Assembly: GCA_001788415.1 (NCBI GenBank)
Contig: MGBV01000193.1
Coordinates: 1-43,878, forward strand
Reading direction: 5' to 3'
Length of the DNA stretch: 43,878 bases
DNA from: Candidatus Rokubacteria bacterium GWC2_70_16
Lineage (GTDB): Bacteria > Methylomirabilota > Methylomirabilia > Rokubacteriales > CSP1-6
The translations under genes were made by a program, and so were the position numbers. The notes beneath the pieces are model-generated. The model searched no databases and had not been told where the DNA came from. It saw nothing but the letters and a program-made list of their open reading frames with translations. Below are positions 24,064 to 33,465 of this stretch, in pieces. Within the stretch, counting starts at the first letter, position 1; each line of letters opens with the position of its first letter.

Positions 24064-25800
24064 GTGAAGAACGCGGAGATCGCGCGCCTCTTCGGCGAGA
24101 TCGCGCAGCTCCTGGAGATCAAGGGCGAGAACGTCTTCCGCGTCCGCGCCTATGAGCGCGCCGTCCAGAGCCTCGAGGGGCTCGCCGAGGACGTGGCGCG
24201 CGTCGCCGCGCGCGGGGAGCTCTCGTCCATCCCCGGCATCGGCAAGGGCCTGGCGGCCCACATCACCGAGTACCTCGAGACCGGTCGCATCGCGGAGCTG
24301 GAGGCGCTGCGCGCGGAGCTGCCCCGCGGGCTGCTCGAGGTCCTGGCGGTGCGGGGCGTCGGCCCCAGGACCGCGAAGCTCCTCCACGAGCATCTCGGCG
24401 TGGACAGCGTGGAGAGGCTCGAGCAGGCGGCCGTCTCCGGCGACATCCTGCGCGTGCCGGGCATCCGCGCCAGGACCCGCGCGAACATCCTGGCCGGCCT
24501 CCGCACGCTCCGCGCGGGGCAGGAGCGCCTCCCGCTGGGCCTGGCGCTGGCCCGCGCGGAGGAGATCGTCGAGGCGCTCCGCGCCACGGGCGAGGTGACC
24601 GCCATCGAGGTGGCCGGCTCCGCCCGCCGCCGGCGCGACACGGTGGGGGACCTCGACATCCTGGTCGCCTGCCGCGACCCCGGGCGCGTCATCGAGCGCT
24701 TCGTCGGGCTGCCCGCCGTGACAACCGTGCTCGCCCGCGGGGACACCAAGGCCTCCATCGAGTGCCGGGCGGAGGGCCGCGCCGCGCCCATCCAGGTGGA
24801 CCTGCGGGTGGTCGCCCCCGGCGCCTACGGCGCCGCGCTACAGTACTTCACGGGCTCCAAGGACCACAACGTGCGGCTCCGGGAGCTGGCGCAGAAGAAG
24901 GGGCTCAAGATCTCGGAGTACGGGGTCTTCAGCGAGCGGACGGGCAAGCGGGTCGCCAGCGCCACGGAGGCGGCAGTCTACGAGGCCGTGGGCCTGCCGT
25001 GGATCCCGCCGGAGCTGCGGGAGAACTCGGGCGAGATCGAGGCGGCGCTCGCCGGCCGCCTGCCCGACCTCGTCGGCGCGGAGCACATCCGCGGCGACCT
25101 GCACGCCCACACGGACTGGTCCGACGGGCGCCAGCCGCTGGAGCGGCTGGTGGCCGAGGCCGAGGCGCGCGGCTACGAGTACATCATCGTCTCCGACCAC
25201 TCGCGCTCCTCCACCGTGGCGGGCGGGCTCACGCCCGAGGAGCTGCGCGAGCAGATCACGCGCATCCGCGCGCTCCAGCCGAAGCACCGGATCCGCATCC
25301 TGGCCGGCAGCGAGTGCGACATCCTCGCCGATGGGCGCATGGACTTCCCCGACGACCTGCTGGCCGAGCTGGACGTGGTGCTGGCGGCCGTCCACTCGCG
25401 CTTCAGGCAGCCGCGCGCCGAGATGACGGCGCGCATCGTCCGGGCGCTCGCCCATCCCTGCGTGGACATCCTCGTCCACCCCACGGGACGGCTCATCGGC
25501 GAGCGCGATCCCTATGACGTGGACCTGGACCAGGTCTTCGCCGCCGCCCGGGAGCACGACAAGGCGGTGGAGATCAACGCCTCGTGGCAGCGGCTGGACC
25601 TCAAGGACACCCACGCCCGGCGCGCGGCGGAGCTGGGCGTCCGGATCGCCATCAGCACCGACACCCATGACCTCCCGCAGCTCGACGGCATGGCGCTCGG
25701 CATCGCCACGGCGCGCCGCGCCTGGATTACCCCCGCGCAGGTCGTCAACACGCTGCCGCACAAGCGCCTGCTGGCCTGGACGCGGGGGCACCGGCGGTGA
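24064..25800 (+). CDS. polX: Family X DNA polymerase with C-terminal PHP domain
   Basis: GTG at 24064. HhH blocks (IPGIGKGLAAHI, VRGVGPRTA), NTase motif GSARRRRDTVGDLDILV, and PHP HAHTDWSDG .. ISTDTH. Confidence 0.9.
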   Translation: MKNAEIARLFGEIAQLLEIKGENVFRVRAYERAVQSLEGLAEDVARVAARGELSSIPGIGKGLAAHITEYLETGRIAELEALRAELPRGLLEVLAVRGVGPRTAKLLHEHLGVDSVERLEQAAVSGDILRVPGIRARTRANILAGLRTLRAGQERLPLGLALARAEEIVEALRATGEVTAIEVAGSARRRRDTVGDLDILVACRDPGRVIERFVGLPAVTTVLARGDTKASIECRAEGRAAPIQVDLRVVAPGAYGAALQYFTGSKDHNVRLRELAQKKGLKISEYGVFSERTGKRVASATEAAVYEAVGLPWIPPELRENSGEIEAALAGRLPDLVGAEHIRGDLHAHTDWSDGRQPLERLVAEAEARGYEYIIVSDHSRSSTVAGGLTPEELREQITRIRALQPKHRIRILAGSECDILADGRMDFPDDLLAELDVVLAAVHSRFRQPRAEMTARIVRALAHPCVDILVHPTGRLIGERDPYDVDLDQVFAAAREHDKAVEINASWQRLDLKDTHARRAAELGVRIAISTDTHDLPQLDGMALGIATARRAWITPAQVVNTLPHKRLLAWTRGHRR

Positions 25801-25862
25801 CGCCCGGGCTCATGGCGCGCGCGAATTGCGCCGGCCGCAGGCGCGGTGTAGACTCGGGTGGC

Positions 25863-26468
25863 ATGAGACGCGCTGTCCTCCTGACCCTCGCGAGCGTGCT
25901 GCTCCTCGCTCCCGCCGCCTCGCCGCAGGACAGACCCGCCGAGCCCGCTCAGCCAGCCCCGTCGGCCCCCGCCGCTACGGCGCCTGCCGGCCCGGCCATC
26001 GAGAAGGGGTCGAGCGTCCAGCTCGAGTACACGCTCAAGGACGAGGCCGGCGCCGTGCTGGACTCCAACAAGGGCCGGGATCCGCTGCGCTACACCCACG
26101 GCGCCCGGCAGATCATCCCGGGGCTCGAGCGCGAGCTCGTGGGTCTGCACCAGGGCGACGAGAAGAGGGTCACGGTGAAGCCCGAGGACGCCTACGGCGC
26201 GCAGAACCCTGCGGCGCAGGCCGAGGTGCCCAAGGCCGCCATCCCGGCGGCCGCGCTCAAGATCGGCGCGCGTCTCCTGGCCCGCAACCCCGCGGGCGAG
26301 GCCCGGCCGGTGGTGATCAAGGAGATCCGGGAGCAAACCGTCGTCCTGGACCTCAACCACCCGCTCGCCGGCAGGACGCTGTTCTTCGACGTGAAGGTGC
26401 TGGACGTCACCGCGCCGGCGGCAGACGCGCCGCAGAAGGACGCCCCGGCGGCCCCACCCGAGAAGTAG
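25863..26468 (+). CDS. FKBP-type peptidyl-prolyl isomerase (SlyD-like fold) with signal peptide
   Basis: MRRAVLLTLASVLLLAPAASP; VQLEYTLKDEAG..IPGLERELVGLHQGDEKRV..LNHPLAGRTLFFDVKVLDV. Confidence 0.88.
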   Translation: MRRAVLLTLASVLLLAPAASPQDRPAEPAQPAPSAPAATAPAGPAIEKGSSVQLEYTLKDEAGAVLDSNKGRDPLRYTHGARQIIPGLERELVGLHQGDEKRVTVKPEDAYGAQNPAAQAEVPKAAIPAAALKIGARLLARNPAGEARPVVIKEIREQTVVLDLNHPLAGRTLFFDVKVLDVTAPAADAPQKDAPAAPPEK

Positions 26469-26476
26469 CCTGCGCC

Positions 26477-27565
26477 GTGACCGCCGCCGCGGGAACTGCC
26501 ACCGGGCTGCCGCCGGACACGGCGCCCGTGAGACCCGACGAGGAGTTCGACGTGGCCGCGCTGGACGGCTGTGTCCGCCCCAGACTGCCGCGCGCGGAGG
26601 GCCGGCTCGAGGTGGCCCAGTTCCCCGGCGGCCATTCGAACCTGACCTACCTCCTCCGCTACGGCGCCGACGAGTACGTGATGCGGCGCCCGCCGCTGGG
26701 CCCGCTCGTGCCCAAGGCTCATGACATGGCGCGGGAGCACCGGGTGCTCAGCGCCCTCTGGCCCGTGTTTCCCCCGGCGCCCCGCCCCTTCCTCCTCTGC
26801 GAGGACCCAGGCGTGATCGGCGTCCCCTTCTACGTGATGGAGCGCCGCCGAGGCGTCGTGATCCGGCGCGAGCTGCCGCCGCAGTGGGCGCAGGACCTCG
26901 CGGTGCGGCGCCTGCTGAGCGAGACCCTGGTGGACGTGATGGTGGCCCTGCACGCCGTGCCGTTCGAGGCCGTCGGGCTGGGAGATCTCGGCCGCCCCGA
27001 GGGCTTCATGCAGCGCCAGGTCAGGGGCTGGGCCGAGCGCTGGGAACGCGCGCGGGACCGGGAGGTCCCGGCCATCACCGAGGTCGCCCACTGGCTCGCC
27101 GCGCGCGTCCCCGCACCGCCCGACGCCACCCTCGTCCACAGCGACCTGAAGCTCGACAACCTGATGCTGAGCGCCCGGGACCCCTCGCGGGTCGAGGCGG
27201 TGCTCGACTGGGAGCTGTGCACCACCGGGGATCCGCTCTGCGACCTGGGCACGCTGCTGGCGTACTGGACCTCCGAGGGCGAACCGTCCGCCCAGCAGGC
27301 GCAGCCGGCGCAGGTCTCCGAGCTGCCGGGCTTCTACACGCGGGAGCAGCTCGTCGAGCGCTACGCCGCCCGCGCCGGCCGCGACGTGTCGAAGATCGCC
27401 TTCTACGAGGTGTTCGCCCGCTACAAGACCGCGGTGGTGGTCCAGCAGATCTACATCCGGTGGAAGCGCGGCCAGACGCGCGACGCGCGCTTCGGCCTCA
27501 TGGCGCCGCGGGTGGAGGCCCTCGCCCGCACCGCCCTCGACCAGGCCGAGCGGTCGGGCCTCTAG
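26477..27565 (+). CDS. Phosphotransferase (APH/choline-kinase-like) family protein
   Basis: GTG at 26477. FPGGHSNLTYLL, FYVMERRRG, LVHSDLKLDNLM (HxDxxxxN) and LDWELCT are present. Confidence 0.85.
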   Translation: MTAAAGTATGLPPDTAPVRPDEEFDVAALDGCVRPRLPRAEGRLEVAQFPGGHSNLTYLLRYGADEYVMRRPPLGPLVPKAHDMAREHRVLSALWPVFPPAPRPFLLCEDPGVIGVPFYVMERRRGVVIRRELPPQWAQDLAVRRLLSETLVDVMVALHAVPFEAVGLGDLGRPEGFMQRQVRGWAERWERARDREVPAITEVAHWLAARVPAPPDATLVHSDLKLDNLMLSARDPSRVEAVLDWELCTTGDPLCDLGTLLAYWTSEGEPSAQQAQPAQVSELPGFYTREQLVERYAARAGRDVSKIAFYEVFARYKTAVVVQQIYIRWKRGQTRDARFGLMAPRVEALARTALDQAERSGL

Positions 27566-28431
27566 CCCAGGGGGCGCAGGGCATCCATGAGGTCCCGGGA
27601 GAAGGTGCCCGCGTAGACCTCCTCCACGGGCCCCTGCAGGCGGATGGACCAGTCGGGCCGGACGTCCACCGAGAGCGTGCCGCCGGGCATGCGCACCGTC
27701 ACGAGGCCGTGGTCGCAGAGGCCGTTCTTCACGGCCGCGCAGGCCACCGCGCTCGACGAGGAGCCCGAGGCGAGCGTGTAGCCGGCGCCGCGCTCCCAGA
27801 TCCGGATCTCCACCTCGGCGCGCGAGAGCACCCGCGCGAACTGCGCGTTCGTCCGGTTCGGGAACGCGGGGTGGTTCTCGATGAGCGAGCCGAGGCGGCG
27901 CGTCTCCGCCTCGTCGATGCGGTCAGTGAAAACGACGCAGTGCGGGTTGCCCACGGAGACCGCCGTGACCAGCAGCGTCTGCTCCCCCACCTGGAGCGGC
28001 TCCCCCACCACCTCCCGTCGCGGCCCGCTCATGGGGATCTCCGGAGCGACGAAGGTGCAGCGCCCCATCTCCACCGTCACCTCGTGGACCCGACCGCCCG
28101 CCACGTGGCACCGGCACTCGACGCGACCGCCCTTGGTGTCTACGGTGAAGATCGGCCGGGCGGCGCGCCCGTGATCGTGGAGGTACTTGGCGAAGATGCG
28201 GAGACCGTTGCCGGACTTCTCGGCCTCGCTGCCGTCGGGATTGAAGATGCGCAGGCCGAAGTCCGCGCCGGCCCAGGCGGGGACCAGGAGCAGGATGCCG
28301 TCCGACCCCACGCCCCAGTTCCGGTCGCAGATGCGCTCCACCTGTCGCGCCGAGAGCGGCGCCGCCAGGTCGGCGGCGTCGATGACGATGTAGTCGTTGC
28401 CCAGCCCGTGGCCCTTCACGAATGGGATCAT
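27562..28431 (-). CDS. Diaminopimelate epimerase-like protein lacking both catalytic cysteines
   Basis: HGLGNDYIVID, RIFNPDGSEAEKSGNGLRIF and WERGAGYTLASGSSSSAVACAAV align with E. coli DapF blocks. Ser sits at the Cys73 and Cys217 positions. Confidence 0.85.
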   Translation of the reverse strand: MIPFVKGHGLGNDYIVIDAADLAAPLSARQVERICDRNWGVGSDGILLLVPAWAGADFGLRIFNPDGSEAEKSGNGLRIFAKYLHDHGRAARPIFTVDTKGGRVECRCHVAGGRVHEVTVEMGRCTFVAPEIPMSGPRREVVGEPLQVGEQTLLVTAVSVGNPHCVVFTDRIDEAETRRLGSLIENHPAFPNRTNAQFARVLSRAEVEIRIWERGAGYTLASGSSSSAVACAAVKNGLCDHGLVTVRMPGGTLSVDVRPDWSIRLQGPVEEVYAGTFSRDLMDALRPLG

Positions 28432-29225
28432 CGCGTCTCCTGGCCGGCCGCCTGCAGGAAATCGGCCAGCCGCTCTGGGAGGGACCGAACATCGCTCGGG
28501 AGGCGGTGGCGCCACTTCTCGGCGAAGCGCGCCAGCGCCGCGCGCCGCTCGGCCAGGTCGCGCTCGGGTGAGCGGGGAGCCTCGGGAGCGGTGCGCGTGC
28601 CCCCCCCGCGGTGACGGAACGGGGCGCGCACCACGACGCAGCGGTGCCCGGCCTCCCGCACGGCGAAGGACAGGTCTCGATCGTAGCCGTGGAAGAAGCC
28701 GTAGCCGGCGTCGAACCCGCCGAGCGACTCGAGCAGCGCGCGCCGGAGGAAGAGGCAGACGCCGTCCACGGCCGCCACCGCGACCACCGGCGCGCGCAGG
28801 TTGCCGCTCCCCTCGAGGCTCGAGACGATGCTGCGGCCCACGTAGCGCCCGTCCCGCCTGAGGCGGCGGGCGCCGTACAGTCCGGCGAGGCCGGCCCCCG
28901 GCGGGCCCTCCACGGCGGCGCGGAGGCGCGCCAGCCACTGCGGGTCACGCAGCTCGGTGTCGTTGTGGAGGAAGCAGAGGTACTCCGAGCCGGACAGGCG
29001 CGCGCCCTGATTGAGGGCCCGGATCAGCCCGACGTTCTCGGCGTTCCGGAGGTAGCGGAGCGGTCGACCGGGCGGCCACCCGCGGAAGTACTCCGCCGTG
29101 CCGTCACTCGAGCCATTGTCCACCACGCATAGGTCGAAGGGGGCCGTCGTCGTCCCGAGGCTGTCGAGGCAGGCCCGCGTCAGCGGCAGCTGGTTGTGTA
29201 CCACCAGGACGACGCTGATCGTCAT
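28428..29225 (-). CDS. Family 2 glycosyltransferase
   Basis: ISVVLVVHNQLPLTRACLDSL..VVDNGSSDGT..LHNDTEL. Its stop overlaps the DapF-like ATG (ATGA). An alternative GTG start lies at 29240. Confidence 0.85.
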   Translation of the reverse strand: MTISVVLVVHNQLPLTRACLDSLGTTTAPFDLCVVDNGSSDGTAEYFRGWPPGRPLRYLRNAENVGLIRALNQGARLSGSEYLCFLHNDTELRDPQWLARLRAAVEGPPGAGLAGLYGARRLRRDGRYVGRSIVSSLEGSGNLRAPVVAVAAVDGVCLFLRRALLESLGGFDAGYGFFHGYDRDLSFAVREAGHRCVVVRAPFRHRGGGTRTAPEAPRSPERDLAERRAALARFAEKWRHRLPSDVRSLPERLADFLQAAGQETR

Positions 29226-29259
29226 CCCCGGGTGTGCCACAGAGGGCGGGAGAGCGGGG

Positions 29260-29499
29260 CTAGCGCTGGTCGAAGGGTGCGTAGCGGGCGTCGAGGGCCC
29301 CCGTGTACTCGGCGCGCGGGCGGATCAGGCGGTTGTGGCCGTGCGACTCGAGCAGGTGCGCGGCCCAGCCGGCGGCGCGGCTCAGCGCGAAGACCGGCGT
29401 GAACGGATCCGTCGGGATCCCCATGGAGGCGTAGGCCGCCCCGGAGAAGCGGTCCACCTCGAGACCGGCCTTCCGGGGGACTCCTGCGGCGCTCGTCAT
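29260..29499 (-). pseudogene. C-terminal remnant of a citrate synthase gene
   Basis: EVDRFSGAAYASMGIPTDPFTPVFALSRAAGWAAHLLESHGHNRLIRPRAEYTG matches the last ~70 residues of citrate or 2-methylcitrate synthase. Nothing CS-like lies upstream in any frame. Confidence 0.6.
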
Positions 29500-29616
29500 A
29501 GCGTTCCTGGCACTCCGTTGGCGGTATGGGGCAGAGTCAAAACGCCTCCTTGTACCATACGGGTGCAGGCACTTCAAGGCTTGTCGGCGCCCGGTGGGCG
29601 GCCTAGGATCTTCCCC

Positions 29617-30477
29617 GTGCTCCCGGGCGTCATCGACTTCTACGATCGCCATCCCATCAGCCTCTCGCAGGTGCTGGAGGCGCTCCGCCGCCAGGGCAAG
29701 GACATGCGCACGCTGGCTCCCGAGGATCTCTACGAGTGGGACCAGGACCACTACGGCGGGCTCGAGGCCGTGGAAGCCCTGGCCCGGCGCGCCGGCATCG
29801 GCGAGGGCACGCGGGTGCTGGACGTCTGCGCGGGGCTCGGCGGCCCGGCGCGCTTCCTGGCCCGGCGCTTTGGGGCGCGCGTCACGGCGCTGGACCTGAA
29901 CGCGGGCCGCAGCCTGGGCAACATCACGTTGTCGCGGCTGGTGGGGCTCCACCGCCTGGTCCGGAGCGTCCGCGGGGATGCGCAGGGCCTGCCCTTCCGC
30001 GCCGGCGCCTTCGACGCCGCGATCAGCCAGGAGGGGCTGCTGCACGTGCCCGACAAGGGGCGCGTGCTCGCCGAGTGCGCGCGGGTGCTCAGGCCAGGCG
30101 GGCGGATGGCCTTCACCGACTGGATCGCCACGCCCAGGCTCGGGGACGGCGAGCGCCGCCGGCTCCAGGACTGGATGGCGGCCGTGTCCATCGAGAGCAT
30201 CCCCGGCTACCGCGCGCTCCTGGGGCGGGCCGGCTTTGCCGCCATCGAGGCCGAGGACCTCTCGGCGGCCTGGGTCGAGATCCTGAGGCGCAGGCTCGAG
30301 ATGTACCGCAGCCTGCGCGAGGACACCGTGGCGCGGCTGGGCCAGGCCCGCTACGACGAGTACAGCCAGCTCTACGCCTTCTTCGTGGGGCTCGTGGAGG
30401 CCGGCAAGCTCGGCGGCGCCCGCCTCTGGGGTCAGGTCTTGCATTTCAACATCGGCGGGGGTGCGGCCCTGTCCTAG
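29617..30477 (+). CDS. Class I SAM-dependent methyltransferase
   Basis: GTG at 29617. Motif I is VLDVCAGLGGPARFLA, followed by LRPGGRMAFTDW. The last ~16 codons are read from the REP-like element. Confidence 0.8.
   Translation: MLPGVIDFYDRHPISLSQVLEALRRQGKDMRTLAPEDLYEWDQDHYGGLEAVEALARRAGIGEGTRVLDVCAGLGGPARFLARRFGARVTALDLNAGRSLGNITLSRLVGLHRLVRSVRGDAQGLPFRAGAFDAAISQEGLLHVPDKGRVLAECARVLRPGGRMAFTDWIATPRLGDGERRRLQDWMAAVSIESIPGYRALLGRAGFAAIEAEDLSAAWVEILRRRLEMYRSLREDTVARLGQARYDEYSQLYAFFVGLVEAGKLGGARLWGQVLHFNIGGGAALS
30428..30450. repeat. REP-like motif copy (GGGGTCAGGTCTTGCATTTCAAC), left arm of an inverted pair
   Basis: Its reverse complement GTTGAAATGCAAGACCTGACCCC matches the copies at 21097 and 30542. 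Confidence 0.7.
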
Positions 30478-30541
30478 GATACGGATCCGGCGAGCGGGCA
30501 CCGTGCCCCCCTGGATCGCAGCGGTGGAGGGGGGCCTGGGT

Positions 30542-30565
30542 GTTGGATTTCAAGACCTGACCCCC
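30542..30565. repeat. REP-like motif copy (GTTGGATTTCAAGACCTGACCCCC), right arm of an inverted pair
   Basis: 14-nt core identical to the other copies. Contains the TGA stop codon of the MFS gene (30550-30552). Confidence 0.7.
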
Positions 30566-31743
30566 TTGAGAACGAGGAGGGTCGAGAGCAGGAGGCCCGC
30601 GCAGAGGGCATAGGCGGCGCGGAGCCCCGCCGTCTCCAGCAGGGCATATCCCACCAGTGGGCCCAGCGCCGCGCCGAGATCGCCCGCGGTGGCGAGGCCG
30701 CCCATCACGACGCCGCGCAGCTGCGGCGGCGCGCCATCCCCCGTCCAGACGACGACGGCCGGGTGGAGCAACCCCTCGCCCACCGCGACGAGCACCACCC
30801 CCGTCACGATCGGCCCCACCCCGCGCCCCGCCGCCAGGACCGCGAACCCGCCCAGGCTCACGAGCACGCCCACCGCCGCGACGAGTCGCCGGGCGCCCAG
30901 GCGATCGAGGACATGGCCCGCGAGCGGCGCCTCCACCATGCCGGCGAGCCGTCGCGCGGCGAGGAGCACGCCGGTCAGCGAGGCCACGGGCACGGCGAGG
31001 GCGCCGGGCTCCGCCGCGAGCTGCGTGAGATGAACGCCGAGCGTGCTCATCAGGACGCCGCTGCCAGCGAACAGGCTCGTGAAGTTCACGTAGGCGGGGG
31101 CGAGGAGGCGGGGATCCAGGCGACGGAGCGCGGCCAGCGTTCCGAGGCCGGCGGTGACGCCGCGGGTGCCGCCGTGATCCCCGGGGCCCAGCGCGCGCAG
31201 CGCCCAGACGGCGACGACGAGGCCCAGGGCAGCCAGCGGCACGTACACCGCGAGGGTGCCGCGATAGCCGAGGAGATCCGTGAGCACACCCGACAGGACG
31301 AGACCCAGGAGCGTGCCGAGCTGGAGTAGTGACTGATAGGTGCCCACCGTCCGCCCGCGGACCCCGGCCGCAGCCAGGTCCAGCACGATGGCCACACCCC
31401 CCACCGAGATCAGCGCGAAGGCGATGCCCCAGACGATGCGCCAGACAAGCAGCGGCCAGAAGCTCCCCGAGGCCAGGTACCCTGCCGTCGAGGCCAGCGC
31501 CAGCCCCATGCCGAGCAGATACGGTCGGCGCCGCCCAAGGCGGTCGGACAGGAGCCCGCCCAGCGAGTTGGCGACCAGGCGCACGAAGCGATTGGCGCTC
31601 AGAATGATGCCGAGGCTCGCCGCCGCGATCCCCGCCGCCCCGGGGTGCGAGGGCAGGAAGACGTAGAGCATCTGGTCGCCCAGGAGCGCCAGCGAGTAGG
31701 CCAGGGCCAGTCCCGAGGCCAGCGCGTAGCGTCGGCTGCGCAT
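30550..31743 (-). CDS. MFS transporter
   Basis: About 12 hydrophobic segments. LSDRLGRRRPYLLG is the MFS loop 2-3 signature. Confidence 0.88.
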   Translation of the reverse strand: MRSRRYALASGLALAYSLALLGDQMLYVFLPSHPGAAGIAAASLGIILSANRFVRLVANSLGGLLSDRLGRRRPYLLGMGLALASTAGYLASGSFWPLLVWRIVWGIAFALISVGGVAIVLDLAAAGVRGRTVGTYQSLLQLGTLLGLVLSGVLTDLLGYRGTLAVYVPLAALGLVVAVWALRALGPGDHGGTRGVTAGLGTLAALRRLDPRLLAPAYVNFTSLFAGSGVLMSTLGVHLTQLAAEPGALAVPVASLTGVLLAARRLAGMVEAPLAGHVLDRLGARRLVAAVGVLVSLGGFAVLAAGRGVGPIVTGVVLVAVGEGLLHPAVVVWTGDGAPPQLRGVVMGGLATAGDLGAALGPLVGYALLETAGLRAAYALCAGLLLSTLLVLKGVRS

Positions 31744-31851
31744 CGTCCGATGCTACACCGGGACCCCCGGACGGCGCGCGGAGAGTCGTCGGTTCGGCAC
31801 CAGGGTGCGCGCGGGGCGCAGCAGCACCGGCGCCAGCGGCGGGCGCCTGCC

Positions 31852-33465
31852 TCAGCGCAGGAGCCGCTCGAGGAGCTTCCTGATCCCGCCCCGCTCGCCG
31901 GATCGGATGCCGGTGGGGATCACCCGCAGCGAGCCCGCGCTCGAGCCCGTGACCTGCGCCTTGACTTGGGTGCGCCCGCTGGTGAGGGTGACGGCCATGT
32001 CCACCCGCCCGTCCAGGAGCCCGTAGGTGCCCGCACCCGCCAGCGTCATCGCGCCGCTCCGGTACAGCAGGTCATCGGTGCTCACGACCCCGCCCGCGAT
32101 CCTGTACGTGGCGGTGATGGCATCGAAGTCGAGCGGCGAGTCGCCCGGGTGGGGCTCCTTCTCCCCGGCGAGCAGCGGCGTCAGGACACCGGCCAGCGCG
32201 GCGACCTCCCGCAGGACCCGCAGCGCGCCCACGCCCACCACCTTGCCGCGTCCGATCTGGAGCTGGCCGGCCCCGCCGAGCGTCCGCCAGGGGTCGGCGG
32301 GACGCAGCAACGCCTCGCCCGTGAGATCCAGCGGGCCCGAGACGGCGTAGCCCAGGCAGAGGTAGTCCACCAGGAGGAGCGACAGCTGCACGCCCTTGAC
32401 GCTGATGCCCCTGAGCGTGAGCGTCTTGATCGCGGCGACGGGAGCCGTCTGCAAGTCGGCGGTCACACTCATCGAGAGGCTGCCCCCGGCCACCTGCGCC
32501 TGGAGCGGCCGGCTCTCGAGCCGCGCGGGCGCGAGCGCCACGGGGACGCGCAGGTCCTGGAGCGCGAGCATGCGCCGCGTGGGCGGCGGGCACTGCGGCC
32601 GCTGCTCGGAGAGCGCGAGGCGCTCGAAGCGGAGCTCGCCCGTCGCGGCCGGCTGCGAGGCCGTGCCGCCGAGCTCGAGCCGTCCCTTCACGGGCCCGGC
32701 GAGCGCGGGGGACGCGAGGAGCGCGGCGGCGAGCGCCGCCACGTCCCTGGCCTCGATGTCGACCCGCGCGCGGAGCGGCGCCTCCGCCAGCGGACGGCCC
32801 GCGCCGAGCGCGAGCGTCCCCTCGGCGATCCTCAGTCGGATGGCGCCCGGCTGCGCCACGGCCCTTCCCTCCAGCGCCAGCCCGTCGCCCCGGGCATTGA
32901 TGGCGAGCGTGACGGCGATGTCCTCGAGGCGCCACTCCCCGCCCCGGGCGCCGCGCTTCTGGTAGCGCAGCGCCCCGTTGGCGATCCGCACCTGGGACAC
33001 GAGCCCGGCCGCGGCCGGGGCGCCGGCAGCGACGCCCCCGGCGGGCCTCGGGGCGCTGCGCGCAGCCGAGGCCCCCGCGCCGAGCGTCGCGATGTTGAGC
33101 CGGCCGCCGTCCTCCACGATCTCGACGCGCAGCCGGTCCAGGGTGAGGTCCGTCAGCTCCACCCGGCCGGAGAAGAGCGGTCTGAGCCGCAGGCCGAATC
33201 GCCCCTCCTCGACGGTGAGGAAGGGCGCCGCGCCGAAGCGGGGGTCGTCGGCCACCGACAGGCCGCGCAGCCTCACGGCCGGGCGCGGCAGCAGCTCGAT
33301 GGAGAGCGAGGCGAACCTGACGGGACGCCCCAGCGCCTGGCTCGCCTGCTGGGAGATATAGGCCTGCACCTTCGGCGTGTCCACGAGCCACGGCAGCGCG
33401 GCCAGCGCCCCGACGACGACCAGGAGCAGGGCGCCGGCCGCGACGAGGAGCCACCGGAGCTTCAC
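31852..33465 (-). CDS. AsmA family protein
   Basis: GTG at 33465 overlaps the upstream stop (GTGA). An N-terminal TM anchor is followed by PKVQAYISQQASQALGRPVRFASLSIELLP..VELTDLTLDRLRVEIV, typical of AsmA. Confidence 0.78.
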   Translation of the reverse strand: MKLRWLLVAAGALLLVVVGALAALPWLVDTPKVQAYISQQASQALGRPVRFASLSIELLPRPAVRLRGLSVADDPRFGAAPFLTVEEGRFGLRLRPLFSGRVELTDLTLDRLRVEIVEDGGRLNIATLGAGASAARSAPRPAGGVAAGAPAAAGLVSQVRIANGALRYQKRGARGGEWRLEDIAVTLAINARGDGLALEGRAVAQPGAIRLRIAEGTLALGAGRPLAEAPLRARVDIEARDVAALAAALLASPALAGPVKGRLELGGTASQPAATGELRFERLALSEQRPQCPPPTRRMLALQDLRVPVALAPARLESRPLQAQVAGGSLSMSVTADLQTAPVAAIKTLTLRGISVKGVQLSLLLVDYLCLGYAVSGPLDLTGEALLRPADPWRTLGGAGQLQIGRGKVVGVGALRVLREVAALAGVLTPLLAGEKEPHPGDSPLDFDAITATYRIAGGVVSTDDLLYRSGAMTLAGAGTYGLLDGRVDMAVTLTSGRTQVKAQVTGSSAGSLRVIPTGIRSGERGGIRKLLERLLR

